A DNA stretch of 59,460 nt. Origin: a virus. Shown piece after piece: positions 17,841 to 27,315 of the stretch. Location of the stretch: IMG/VR virus record IMGVR_UViG_3300045988_101425, positions 1-59,460 of that record; one strand, given 5' to 3'. Under the pieces are notes generated by a model. It was not told the origin of the DNA. It saw nothing but the letters and a program-made list of their open reading frames with translations, and did not search any database. How positions within the stretch are numbered: the stretch's first letter is position 1; every line of letters begins with the position of its first letter. Made by a program: the position numbers and the translations under genes.

Positions 17841-20800
17841 ATGGAAGCTATTCGCATAGGAAACGACATCAATATAGAATGGACCATCTTCCGGGACGGT
17901 AAGCCCGAGTCTTTGGATGGCAAGAACATTAGCGTCTTCATGACCAATGGCTATAAGAAGATGGCGGTAAAAGACCTCCACTTCCGGGATAACGTGATAC
18001 GATTCACCTACCTAGGTAAAGACCAAGATTATAACGGCGTCTATACGCTGACCCTTATCGAGAACAAAGGGAAGGAGGGCATGTACACCGTAGACGCTTG
18101 CGATGCGTTCCGTCTTATCCCACGGTCGTGCTCCGTAGGTGGAGATACGGGATGCGGCAGCGTCAAGGTGACAACGGTAAGGCTAACGGGAGATATATCC
18201 GTTCCTGCCGTAGGGACCGGAGATTATGAAAGTATGACCAATAAACCACGGATCAACGGGGTTGAGTTGGTCGGGGATAAGTCCCTAGAGGAGTTAGGGA
18301 TACCCATTCTACCTGATAATATCGTAACCGATGCCGATTACACGCATACGGATAACAACTTGACGGACGCTCTTTTGGAAAAGCTCGACGGATTGAGTAA
18401 TTACGATGATACGGCGTTAAGAGAGGCTTTAACCTCCGAGATCATCAGGGCGAAGGAGGTAGAGGGGGATCTTGACACGGCCATAAGGAAAGTGGCTTCC
18501 GATCTGTCCACGTTTATAACGGGAGATCCGGACGCGGACAATGTCATCAACAGATGGCAGGAGGTGGTGGAGTTCTTGTCCGGTATGACAGAGGATAAGG
18601 ATATGGCCGGAGTGTTGCTGGATTTGAAAAAACAAATACTTGCGGAGGTCACGAGTATCTTGTCAGGTTATTACACGTCCGGACAGATTGACGATAGGTT
18701 TGTCGAGAAGATCAAAGGGAAGGGACTTAGCACAAACGACCTTACGGATGAGCTGTTATCTAAGATCAACGGCTTATCTAACTATGATGATGAATGGGTC
18801 AGGAGTGAGATCGCCTCTATCAAGGCGGATATCGACACGTTATTGGGTGATGGAGCGAGCGACGCTATAGATACCTTCCATGAGATCGAGCTTTTTTTGC
18901 AGGGTATTACTGATAAGGAAACCCTAACCGGTCTTCTCAATGACTTGCGTGCGGAGATAACGGCTTTGATCCCAACCAAGACATCCCAATTAACAAATGA
19001 CGATCACATCGTAAAAGACGCTAATTACGTCCATACGGACAATAATTATACTGACGAAGATAAGGGTAAGTTGGATGGATTGGATAATTACGACGATACG
19101 GATATCCGGAATCTGGTCACCGGCCTAAGGACGGACGTTGATAAGTTAAAGCCCGTTGTCACATCCACCCCGTCTAACGGCCAGATAACCATAACGCCGG
19201 ACAAGGCCCAAAACGAAGATCCGGACGTGTCGATAACGCTGGAGACCAAGGGGGACAAGGATAAGTCTCTGATGGCTGATGGCAAGTACCGCAAGCTGCC
19301 CGTGTACGGCAGGAACCTGTTGCTGGGATCAGGGAAGGAGGTGAGTAATTCGAATTACAATATCGCTGATTATTGGCTAACTGAACCGATATCTAAAGGA
19401 ACACAAGTAACATTGACTATTTTTGGAGAATTGGGTGATGATAAGGAAATGTTCACTATATATAACTCTACTGGTGCAGTAGGTTCTATGGCTCAGTTCA
19501 GTAAGGCTGACTTTGTGAATGGGAAGGCCAGTAAGACTTTTAAATGGATTACTAATATCGGAGATGCAGTAGCTGATAATACACATATGGTTGTATTTAG
19601 TTCTCCTAAAACTGGCACATCAACTTCCACCATCCATAAGATTAAACTTGAATATGGTGACATTTCGACCGAGTGGTCTCCAGCTTGGGAAGATATACCA
19701 GATCTAGAAGAAAGATATGCATACGGTGTTGAATGGGATACTGCATCATCTAGTCCTGATGGGGTTAGAGTAGGTAATATGCAATTGCATAGGGAGTTGC
19801 CGGTGCAGAGTAAGATGAGAAGGTGTCTTTTGGATAGAGATGGTGGAGTTAAAGAATATTTGGATAATGAGCTTTCATGGGGTGGAAGCTATTTGGATTA
19901 TGCCGTTATGACAGAGATACCTGAACATTGGTATAAATTGTATTTTAATGGCACTAAATTTAGGAAGATGTTGTCCGAAATTCCATTACCTGGGTATAAA
20001 CATGTAGATAAGTTCTATATCTCAACATATGAAGCCAGAATGTATAGAACCGATAATTTATTATGTTCGGCGGCTGGAGCTAGTAAATTAAGTGATCCTA
20101 ATTCAACTAATTTTAGAGGTGGCGACAATACCGCTGAATGGGATGATACCTACCGTTCCCTACTCGGCCGCCCCGTCACCAACCTCACCCGAGACCAATT
20201 CCGACAAGCCGCGAGGAAAAGAGGCAGCGGATGGGAAATGTATACCTATAACGCCCACAAGATCCTGTTCTGGCTATTCGCCGTCGAGTACGCCACGCTG
20301 GACAGCCAGAAGCCTTTCAACGCCCAGAAGGACGCTAACGGTTTCGCCCAAGGTGGCTTAGGTCCGGGACCGACGCAAATGACGGATTGGACTAACTTCA
20401 ACAACATCAACCCCCTTATCCCATGCGGCTATACCAACGAGTTCGGGAACGGCTCGGGAGAGAAGGCATATGTGGTGAAGAACGCTTCCGGTGGTACTCA
20501 CGCCACGTTGATGGCTAACAGGTATCGTGGTATAGAGAATCCGTTCGCCCATATATGGAAATATACTGACGGGGCCAATATACAGGTCACCACGGGCGAT
20601 GCGGGATTATCCATATTATGGACTACCGATGACCCGTCGAATTTCAGCGACACCTCTTACACCGGCTATGACAAGAAGGGCAATATCTGCCGTACAAACG
20701 GTTATGCCAAGAAGATGTTGCTTGGGGAAGATGGCGATATAGTGGCCACGGAGGTCGGCGGCAGCTCCTCTACCTACTGGTGCGACTATTACTCCATCAA

Positions 20801-20966
20801 TACATCGGCTAACCGCATGCAGGTGATACAGGTTGGCGGTAATGCGGACAGCGGGCCAAGTGCGGGCCTCACTTATGTGAGTGCTGGTGATCCCCCTTCT
20901 GGTGCGTATCGTCGCGTCGGATCTCGCCTTTGCTTTTTCCCCGAATTTCGTAAAACGTCGGCGTAG
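17841..20966 (+). CDS. Tail fibre / receptor-binding protein with three internal repeats
   Basis: 1041 aa. Repeats DADYTHTDNNLTDALLEKLDGLSNYDD, KGLSTNDLTDELLSKINGLSNYDD, DANYVHTDNNYTDEDKGKLDGLDNYDD. Confidence 0.65.
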   Translation: MEAIRIGNDINIEWTIFRDGKPESLDGKNISVFMTNGYKKMAVKDLHFRDNVIRFTYLGKDQDYNGVYTLTLIENKGKEGMYTVDACDAFRLIPRSCSVGGDTGCGSVKVTTVRLTGDISVPAVGTGDYESMTNKPRINGVELVGDKSLEELGIPILPDNIVTDADYTHTDNNLTDALLEKLDGLSNYDDTALREALTSEIIRAKEVEGDLDTAIRKVASDLSTFITGDPDADNVINRWQEVVEFLSGMTEDKDMAGVLLDLKKQILAEVTSILSGYYTSGQIDDRFVEKIKGKGLSTNDLTDELLSKINGLSNYDDEWVRSEIASIKADIDTLLGDGASDAIDTFHEIELFLQGITDKETLTGLLNDLRAEITALIPTKTSQLTNDDHIVKDANYVHTDNNYTDEDKGKLDGLDNYDDTDIRNLVTGLRTDVDKLKPVVTSTPSNGQITITPDKAQNEDPDVSITLETKGDKDKSLMADGKYRKLPVYGRNLLLGSGKEVSNSNYNIADYWLTEPISKGTQVTLTIFGELGDDKEMFTIYNSTGAVGSMAQFSKADFVNGKASKTFKWITNIGDAVADNTHMVVFSSPKTGTSTSTIHKIKLEYGDISTEWSPAWEDIPDLEERYAYGVEWDTASSSPDGVRVGNMQLHRELPVQSKMRRCLLDRDGGVKEYLDNELSWGGSYLDYAVMTEIPEHWYKLYFNGTKFRKMLSEIPLPGYKHVDKFYISTYEARMYRTDNLLCSAAGASKLSDPNSTNFRGGDNTAEWDDTYRSLLGRPVTNLTRDQFRQAARKRGSGWEMYTYNAHKILFWLFAVEYATLDSQKPFNAQKDANGFAQGGLGPGPTQMTDWTNFNNINPLIPCGYTNEFGNGSGEKAYVVKNASGGTHATLMANRYRGIENPFAHIWKYTDGANIQVTTGDAGLSILWTTDDPSNFSDTSYTGYDKKGNICRTNGYAKKMLLGEDGDIVATEVGGSSSTYWCDYYSINTSANRMQVIQVGGNADSGPSAGLTYVSAGDPPSGAYRRVGSRLCFFPEFRKTSA
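18332..19098 (+). repeat. Three in-frame repeats of about 27 aa inside the fibre gene
   Basis: Copies at about 18332-18412, 18721-18792 and 19018-19098, each ending in (L/I)(D/N)GL(S/D)NYDD. Confidence 0.7.
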
Positions 20967-21015
20967 CCGCACGTCTCACGTCGAGGATTTTTTAGTAACT
21001 ATTAAACGATAACAT

Positions 21016-21408
21016 ATGAAAAGAACATATAGCGACACAGTGCCTATCACTGTCGAGAAGGATGGTGACGGTTCCTACCTGTACCGGTGGGACGTTAGAG
21101 AGGAGACAAGGGAGATGGGTGACGATATGACCCCCGTGATCTCCTATAGTTACAACGAGGTCAGGATATGGGCCACGTTAACTGCCAACAAGATATTGGA
21201 GGCCTGTATCAACGCCCTATGGGACAAGGACGTGGAGCAAAAGAAGCTGAACGACTACAACGCCGCCCAGCTAGGCATATTGGACTTGTCATACGTGGAG
21301 TCTTATAAGACGTTCCTTAACGAGAGGAAGGCGTTGAAAGACCGTGTGGATAGCGATTTCGCCGAGTGGGAGGCGGCGAGAGAGGAGGAGAGCATAGTGG
21401 TTTTATAA
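21016..21408 (+). CDS. Hypothetical protein (possible fibre assembly factor)
   Basis: 130-aa ORF directly after the fibre gene. Confidence 0.5.
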   Translation: MKRTYSDTVPITVEKDGDGSYLYRWDVREETREMGDDMTPVISYSYNEVRIWATLTANKILEACINALWDKDVEQKKLNDYNAAQLGILDLSYVESYKTFLNERKALKDRVDSDFAEWEAAREEESIVVL

Positions 21409-21433
21409 CTAAATAAAAAAAAGGATCGGAAGA

Positions 21434-21910
21434 ATGGAATTTTTTAAAATGATTTGCAGTATGAGGGAGCTACTGACTGTAGTCGTGTTTGAGATGTTCA
21501 TCGTTATGGTGGCGATGGGGTGGGATTTCGCCTCGGGTTATTACAAGGCTAAATTGAGGGGCGAGGAGCGTAATTCGTATGGCATGCGTAGGACGGTCAG
21601 TAAGTTCATACTTTACGCTGGTAGCGTATGTATAGCGTGCGGGATAGACTCGGTTTGCTACGTGTGCCGGTTCTGGGAATTTATCCATCTGCCTTTCTTG
21701 ACCAATGTCCCGGTCGTATCCTCGATAGTGACCGTATTTATCTTGATAACGGAGGTTCGGTCTATCTGGGAGAAGGCTGACGCCAAACAAAGGAGGCAGG
21801 CGAGTAAGACAGCCGACATGATCGGTAAGGTTGTAACGCAAAAGGTTTTGGAGGACGCTTTGACAAACGCTTTATCCAATGCCATGAATAAAAAGAAGAA
21901 AGGAGAGTAA
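21434..21910 (+). CDS. Holin-like membrane protein
   Basis: Three hydrophobic segments (LLTVVVFEMFIVMVAMGW, FILYAGSVCIACGI, VPVVSSIVTVFILI) and a charged C-terminus. Lies upstream of the endolysin candidate. Confidence 0.6.
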   Translation: MEFFKMICSMRELLTVVVFEMFIVMVAMGWDFASGYYKAKLRGEERNSYGMRRTVSKFILYAGSVCIACGIDSVCYVCRFWEFIHLPFLTNVPVVSSIVTVFILITEVRSIWEKADAKQRRQASKTADMIGKVVTQKVLEDALTNALSNAMNKKKKGE

Positions 21911-21913
21911 AAT

Positions 21914-22324
21914 ATGGGGAAAAATAATTTACCTCGTGGGTATCGGAACAACAACCCGGGAAACATCCGGATCAACGGAGACTTGTTCCAAGGTGAGATA
22001 CGTCCGAGCAAGGACAAGTCGTTCAAACAGTTTGAGACGATGGCGTATGGCTACCGTGCCATATTCCGGATCTTGCGTAACTACTATAACAACTATAATT
22101 TGGACACGATCCGCAAGATGATCGGTCGCTGGGCACCGGAAAACGAGAACGATACGGACGCTTACATTAAGGCCGTGTCCGATTACGCCGGGATACCGGC
22201 TGACGATCCTGTAAATATCAACGATCGTGAGCAGATGATCCGGATCGTGGGCGGGATGAGCAAGGTGGAGAATGGTAGGGAGGCTGATATGTCGGATGTT
22301 ATTGCGGGGTGGAATCTGTTATGA
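21914..22324 (+). CDS. Putative endolysin / cell-wall hydrolase (NNPGNIR motif family)
   Basis: 136 aa with RNNNPGNIR near the N-terminus. Lies between the holin-like and TM proteins. Confidence 0.4.
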   Translation: MGKNNLPRGYRNNNPGNIRINGDLFQGEIRPSKDKSFKQFETMAYGYRAIFRILRNYYNNYNLDTIRKMIGRWAPENENDTDAYIKAVSDYAGIPADDPVNINDREQMIRIVGGMSKVENGREADMSDVIAGWNLL

Positions 22325-22788
22325 GAGCATGGCAGGTTATATTAATACTAATGTGCTTGGTAGCCAGTTTTACCGCTGGCTACCATATCCGGGGGGATGT
22401 GGCTAGTGATTCGATATCCAAGACCGACACGTCCGCCAAGGTGGATACGATACATGACAGCATCCCGTACCCGGTCTATGAGACACTGGTACAAACAATA
22501 CCTGAGCCTTTTCCTGTCTACATTACATTAGACGGTGATACGATTAAGGAACCTATATATGTCCCGGTGCCGATAACCAGCAAGGAGTACAAGACAGATG
22601 ATTATCGGCTGTCAATATCCGGCTATAAGCCTAATCTTAATTACATCGAGGTTTATAGAAGGACTGAGTATATAACCAAGACGATCTCCCCCCGTAGATG
22701 GGGAATCGGTGCGATAGCCGGTTATGGGATCGGTAAGAATGGCTTGTCACCCTATGTCGGGATAGGTGGGTTTTATAGAATTTGGTGA
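22309..22788 (+). CDS. Membrane protein of the lysis cassette (spanin-like candidate)
   Basis: N-terminal TM segment WQVILILMCLVASFTAGY. Gly-rich C-terminus GIGAIAGYGIGKNG. Overlaps the previous gene. Confidence 0.4.
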   Translation: MESVMRAWQVILILMCLVASFTAGYHIRGDVASDSISKTDTSAKVDTIHDSIPYPVYETLVQTIPEPFPVYITLDGDTIKEPIYVPVPITSKEYKTDDYRLSISGYKPNLNYIEVYRRTEYITKTISPRRWGIGAIAGYGIGKNGLSPYVGIGGFYRIW

Positions 22789-22993
22789 GGCTTCCATGGC
22801 TCACGCCCGAGAAACCTCTGATAATAGAATGAATGCGTTATATGAATAACAAGAGTTGACGTTTTTTTGTTCATGATTAATTTAATATTAGTTTGATGGT
22901 GACTTCGTGAGAACGAACCGGAAAGGGAAGATAAAGAAAAAAGAATCTTCCCTAAATAATCGGATCGGAAGTTTGATTATTTTTTCATGCCAC

Positions 22994-23038
22994 GCACGAC
23001 GGGAAGATTCTTATAAGTCTTTCTGCCGTGCATTTTTT
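22994..23038 (+). terminator. Intrinsic terminator after the lysis cassette
   Basis: Long imperfect hairpin gcacgacgggaaga...tctttctgccgtgc followed by ATTTTTTG. Confidence 0.6.
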
Positions 23039-23089
23039 GTGCCCGGCTTTGATAGTAAAACAAACCACGAAATAAAAAGTTTATGAATT

Positions 23090-23398
23090 ATGAATAAGGT
23101 GGAAATTTTTTACAAAAAAGTGATAGAGGCAGTCTGCAAGGAGTGCGGAACCGATCCGGTAATGATGTTTAGCAACAACAAGGAGAAGAACGTTGACGCT
23201 AGGGGAGTGGCTATAACCATACTGGCCGATCGCAAGTTGAGCGACAATATCATATCCGATCTGACGGGAATGACGAGGCAAGCCGTGAACCGGATGCGTA
23301 ACTTGTACCCGGACAGGATAAGGAGGAGTTATTTCCTGAGAGGAGTATTAGAAAGCGTGAAGGAAAAATTAGCTATAGAAAATCCTCTATATTCGTGA
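23090..23398 (+). CDS. DnaA C-terminal-like HTH protein
   Basis: NVDARGVAITILADRKLSDNIISDLTGMTRQAVNRM resembles the DnaA domain IV helix-turn-helix. Confidence 0.5.
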   Translation: MNKVEIFYKKVIEAVCKECGTDPVMMFSNNKEKNVDARGVAITILADRKLSDNIISDLTGMTRQAVNRMRNLYPDRIRRSYFLRGVLESVKEKLAIENPLYS

Positions 23399-23458
23399 AC
23401 TTTTTTGACCTTAAAATAGTTGTATATACGAAATGATAGAAAAATAGTTATCGTTTTG

Positions 23459-23489
23459 TTTGGAGATAGTAGAATTATAGTTACCTTTG
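23459..23489 (+). promoter_or_regulatory. Consensus Bacteroidetes promoter for hicAB
   Basis: TTTG (23459-23462), 19-nt spacer, TACCTTTG (23482-23489). Confidence 0.7.
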
Positions 23490-23550
23490 CCCCTGTCAAA
23501 CCTTCGTTGTTTGTTATCTTTTTTTATAATTAAAAAAGAAAGGAGGCCAA

Positions 23551-23742
23551 ATGGTAATGAGAGTCAAGGATGTTATATCCTTACTTGAAGAAAACGGATG
23601 GTGTTTTGTCCGGATGCGTGGAGATCATAGGATTTACTATAGGAAAGGAGCCAGAAGACCCATAGTAATTCCGGGTAATCTCAACGATGATCTAAAGGAA
23701 GGGACGTTGAATTCCGTTTTAAGGGAGGCAGGACTTAAATAG
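23551..23742 (+). CDS. hicA: HicA toxin (mRNA interferase)
   Basis: LLEENGWCFVRMRGDHRIYYRKG...VIPGNLNDDLKEGTLNSVLREAGL. Confidence 0.8.
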   Translation: MVMRVKDVISLLEENGWCFVRMRGDHRIYYRKGARRPIVIPGNLNDDLKEGTLNSVLREAGLK

Positions 23743-23817
23743 TCCTGCTTATGCCGCCTCCAGAAAACTTTTGAATTAATACATGAAAAACATAAAAAGA
23801 AAAAAAGACAAAAATGT

Positions 23818-24222
23818 ATGCACACACTAAGAGTTATCATTGAACGGGCCGACAATAATTACTCGGCTTATATTGATGGTTTGGACGGTATAATAGCTAC
23901 CGGTAAAACTATTGATGAGATAAAAATGGGTATGATAGAATCTATTGATACCTTTGTTTCGGAATGTGAGGAGCTAGGCTGTGATATTCCGGAAGAGTTG
24001 CAAGGTGATTACGAGTTGGTGTTTAAAATGGATGTACGGTCTTTGTTGGAATTTTATTCTGGCATATTTTCAAAGGCTGGTTTAGAACGTATTACAGGGA
24101 TAAATCAAAAACAATTATGGCATTATGCTTCTGGAGGAAGAAATCCTAGACCCGAACAAAGCTTAAAATTGGAAAAAGCCTTGCATAAATTAGGAGAAGA
24201 GCTCCTTTCCATATCATTATAA
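23818..24222 (+). CDS. hicB: HicB antitoxin with a C-terminal HTH-like region
   Basis: RVIIERADNNYSAYIDGLDGIIATGKTIDEIK is an UPF0150/HicB fold signature. Follows hicA. Confidence 0.75.
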   Translation: MHTLRVIIERADNNYSAYIDGLDGIIATGKTIDEIKMGMIESIDTFVSECEELGCDIPEELQGDYELVFKMDVRSLLEFYSGIFSKAGLERITGINQKQLWHYASGGRNPRPEQSLKLEKALHKLGEELLSISL

Positions 24223-24242
24223 AGCCTCCCTTAAAAGGTAAA

Positions 24243-24277
24243 AGCGTCGTCAACACAAATTGGCGGCGCTTTTTTTG
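24243..24277 (+). terminator. Intrinsic terminator after hicB
   Basis: agcgtcg / cggcgct stem (one G-U pair) followed by TTTTTTT. Confidence 0.65.
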
Positions 24278-24366
24278 TCTCATCCCCTTCCGCAAAGAAC
24301 TAGCAACAACCTCGCAATAAGCTAGCAAGGAGATATTTATTTAGCAGAGCACTTCTCATGATTTTT

Positions 24367-24398
24367 GTCGTGTCCGGTAATGGTGCCGGATTAACGAC
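24367..24398 (+). other. Hairpin 14 nt upstream of the ATG at 24413
   Basis: GTCGT-g-TCCGG-taatggtg-CCGGA-tta-ACGAC. Confidence 0.4.
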
Positions 24399-24412
24399 AA
24401 AAATTAAAGATA

Positions 24413-25387
24413 ATGGATAGAAATTATTTTATCGGTACTCCCGAAGGAGGTAATTCCGGTGGAAGTAAGTTTGACATCATGGCCTTTCTCCCGAGCTTGA
24501 TGGGTGGCGGTGGAAAATCATTGGACCCCAATTTGGTAGCGGCTTTGATGAACAATAAGGGCAATCAAGACGCTTGGGGCGGTGGTGGTTGCTGGTGGAT
24601 CTGGATCATCCTCCTGTTCTTCGTATGGGGAGGCTGGGGTGGCAACGGCTTCGGCAACAACGGGGCTAACGGATTACCGGCTCAATTGAACAATGACGCT
24701 GGTCGTGAATTGTTGATGAACGCTATCCAAGGAAACGGAACGGCTATCAGCCAATTGTCATCTTCCTTGAATTGCTCAACCCAACAATTACAAAACGCTA
24801 TCTGCCAGATCCAAGGACAGATCCAGAGCGTGGGTAACCAAGTAGGCATGAGTTCCCAACAAATCATTAACGCCGTCCAAAGTGGTAACAATCAATTATT
24901 GAGCCAGATCGCCGAGTGCTGCTGCACGGTTAACAACAACATCACTAAGATGGGCTACGAGAACCAATTGGCTAGCTGCAACCAGACAAACACGCTGGTG
25001 AATACGATGAACAACAACACGTTGACTCTCCGTGACTCAGGTCTGCAGAACACCCGTGATATCATCAACGAGGTTCGTGATTTCAAGAACTTGTATCAAC
25101 AAGACAAGATGGATCGCTTGACGGCGGAGAACCTAGCCTTGAAAGGACAGATCTCCCAAAGCAACCAGAACGCCTATTTCGCCGCTACTCTACAGGCGCA
25201 GACCGCCCCTCTAGGTAACGCCTTGGGTGATTTGAGCTCAAGATTGGCCAAGATCGAGTGTAACCAGCCGGAGGTGGCAAAGGTTCCTTACTCCCCCGTG
25301 GTAGGCATACCCACTTGCGTGGCCGCCCAGTACGGATTAGGCCTAGGTCTCGGTAACTGGGGAAACTTCGGCAACGGATGGGGATAA
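24413..25387 (+). CDS. Gly/Trp/Asn/Gln-rich membrane protein of unknown function
   Basis: 324 aa. WGGGGCWWIWIILLFFVWGGWGGNGFGNNG (TM), a long Q/N-rich middle, C-terminal GLGLGLGNWGNFGNGWG. Confidence 0.6.
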   Translation: MDRNYFIGTPEGGNSGGSKFDIMAFLPSLMGGGGKSLDPNLVAALMNNKGNQDAWGGGGCWWIWIILLFFVWGGWGGNGFGNNGANGLPAQLNNDAGRELLMNAIQGNGTAISQLSSSLNCSTQQLQNAICQIQGQIQSVGNQVGMSSQQIINAVQSGNNQLLSQIAECCCTVNNNITKMGYENQLASCNQTNTLVNTMNNNTLTLRDSGLQNTRDIINEVRDFKNLYQQDKMDRLTAENLALKGQISQSNQNAYFAATLQAQTAPLGNALGDLSSRLAKIECNQPEVAKVPYSPVVGIPTCVAAQYGLGLGLGNWGNFGNGWG

Positions 25388-25415
25388 TGAGTTAATAACC
25401 TAAAAATAAAGAGTT

Positions 25416-25760
25416 ATGGCATTCATTAGTCCTTTCATAATGGCGAACAAGAACGGTATCCCACGTTTGGAGAGCACGGGCGTTACGGTCGGGACGACCA
25501 ACGTTCGTTTCTCCTTCCGCAATCACCCGTTCCTGTCAGCCCCGTTTAGCGGGTTGATCTTGTTCCGTCTGGCCCAGCCTATCCCGGCTGGTACTACCGG
25601 GACGTTGCCGGTAGTGTTTGACACGAACGGCTCCACGCAGGCGCTAACGACCATTAACGGCGCAGATGTCACGGCATCCGATATAACCGGCACCGGAATC
25701 TACTTGTGTTACTATGAGTCGGGCAATAATACGCTCCAGATAATGACGGGAGTGGTGTGA
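25416..25760 (+). CDS. Hypothetical protein
   Basis: 114-aa ORF in the same block. Confidence 0.55.
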   Translation: MAFISPFIMANKNGIPRLESTGVTVGTTNVRFSFRNHPFLSAPFSGLILFRLAQPIPAGTTGTLPVVFDTNGSTQALTTINGADVTASDITGTGIYLCYYESGNNTLQIMTGVV

Positions 25761-25813
25761 TAGAGTATCAACGAGAGACCGGAGCGATCCGGCTCTCATA
25801 AAAACCAAGAAAT

Positions 25814-26359
25814 ATGTTCAAGAATCAGAGACAAGGGAATCCTTTATATATCCTTCATAAGGGGAATACGCCGTTTTGTGAGGTTGGAAGCATAGTCAGC
25901 GTGTCCCCTCCGAGACCGGAGAATCCAAATTTCAATATGTATGGTCCGCAAGCTAAAATCGTGGTGGACATAAAGGCCAAGGTAGGTGAGGACAACGTCA
26001 GCTTCTCCAACGTCTTGTCCGACGTTACCATTACGGATTACCCCACTACAAACGGGGAGAAACTGGTTGTGTCATGCGATCTAGGTGCCCTGAATACGGA
26101 GATCAACGCCATGATGCAGCAAAGCCGACAGGCACTTGACAGCATCGATTACCATAAATCCGTGATTGAGGGGTGCGAGAAGATGCTGGTAATACTGAAC
26201 CCAGAGTTTGCCCGGGAGAAGGAGAGGGAGAGTGAGATCGCTAACATGAGAAACGAGATGTCCGATCTGAAGGAGGCTAACGCAAGGTTGGTTGCCATGA
26301 TGGAGCAACTTGTCGGTTCCGTGAACGGTAATAATAACAAGAATAAAAAAACAGAGTGA
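25814..26359 (+). CDS. Hypothetical protein with a C-terminal coiled coil
   Basis: 181-aa ORF. Confidence 0.55.
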   Translation: MFKNQRQGNPLYILHKGNTPFCEVGSIVSVSPPRPENPNFNMYGPQAKIVVDIKAKVGEDNVSFSNVLSDVTITDYPTTNGEKLVVSCDLGALNTEINAMMQQSRQALDSIDYHKSVIEGCEKMLVILNPEFAREKERESEIANMRNEMSDLKEANARLVAMMEQLVGSVNGNNNKNKKTE

Positions 26360-26360
26360 T

Positions 26361-26678
26361 ATGGGAACATATAGCAGAAAACTGAGAGAGCTGATCGAGG
26401 AATTCGACGCCATGGAAGACGAGGATATGTTAGAACTGGCGAAGGAGGCCTATAAGCTTGGCTGTAAGGAAGGAAAGCGGAAGGCCATGGAAGGCTATGG
26501 CAACCGCATGGAGGAAGACGAAGACGATGAGTTCGAGGACGACGACGAGTTCCGTGAGATGTGGGAGCGTGGCGGCTACGGTAACCGTGGCGGCGGTCGT
26601 GGATCATCCGGTGGCGGTTATGGCAATCGCCGTGGGGTGCCGGGCACCGGACGCTACTCGAGACGATATCGTAGATAA
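26361..26678 (+). CDS. Acidic / RGG-rich bipartite protein
   Basis: EEDEDDEFEDDDEF followed by GGYGNRGGGRGSSGGGYGNRRGVPGTGRYSRRYRR. Confidence 0.55.
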   Translation: MGTYSRKLRELIEEFDAMEDEDMLELAKEAYKLGCKEGKRKAMEGYGNRMEEDEDDEFEDDDEFREMWERGGYGNRGGGRGSSGGGYGNRRGVPGTGRYSRRYRR

Positions 26679-26680
26679 CC

Positions 26681-27133
26681 ATGAGGGGGGACCGGTTTCC
26701 CCCTCCTAAAAAACAGAGGAATATGAGACTAGATATGTATGATGATTTCCCTTCCGGGATGCGATCCTACCTGAAGGCGTATGGCTGGCATTTTTCCAAG
26801 GCCATGTGCGATTGGGCCGTATCCATGATGGAGAAGGAGGACGGAAACGGGAAGAAGGTCAAGATAACCCCTTTCACCAAGGAGCAGGTGGATGAGATGC
26901 TGAAGAAGTATAGCGTTGACGTGAAGAAAAAGGGTGGATACGATTATGTTTACGCCGCCAACATGTGCAAGGCCGATTACCTTGGCTCCTCCGTGCCTAA
27001 CGAGCAGTACGCCGCTCTTTATGTCAAGAACGTCTGCGACGATCCGGACGCTTACGACGGGATAGTGTTCACCCGGTTCTACGCTGATTGCATCGGGTCC
27101 GGCACGCCTATAATCTGGGAGGAGATGATGTGA
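26681..27133 (+). CDS. Hypothetical protein
   Basis: 150-aa ORF. An alternative ATG at 26723 is possible. Confidence 0.55.
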   Translation: MRGDRFPPPKKQRNMRLDMYDDFPSGMRSYLKAYGWHFSKAMCDWAVSMMEKEDGNGKKVKITPFTKEQVDEMLKKYSVDVKKKGGYDYVYAANMCKADYLGSSVPNEQYAALYVKNVCDDPDAYDGIVFTRFYADCIGSGTPIIWEEMM

Positions 27134-27315
27134 TGGGAGGCTGGGGCTACATACTGAGGATATTGAAGGGAGAGTCCCCCAAGGACGTGCTGGCGAGTAT
27201 GCCGGAGAAGGATTTTGACAAGGTATCCGAGGTGGTGGGCAATCTCAAGGCAACCAATCTCACCCGGCAACAAAGGAGGAGGATAGAGCGGGAGTTCAAG
27301 ACGGTAAGGAGATGA
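27133..27315 (+). CDS. Hypothetical small basic protein
   Basis: The ATG at 27133 overlaps the previous stop (TGATG). The longer track ORF from 27088 overlaps the preceding gene. Confidence 0.45.
   Translation: MGGWGYILRILKGESPKDVLASMPEKDFDKVSEVVGNLKATNLTRQQRRRIEREFKTVRR

Noticed and set aside
26149-26709. 177-aa minus-strand ORF and 83-aa alternative plus-frame ORF overlapping the RGG-rich gene
   Set aside because: They arise from the GC-rich repetitive GGN/CGN DNA. Their translations are Arg/Pro/His-rich with no start context. The frame with tight coupling to its neighbours was preferred, but this is the least certain frame choice in the window.
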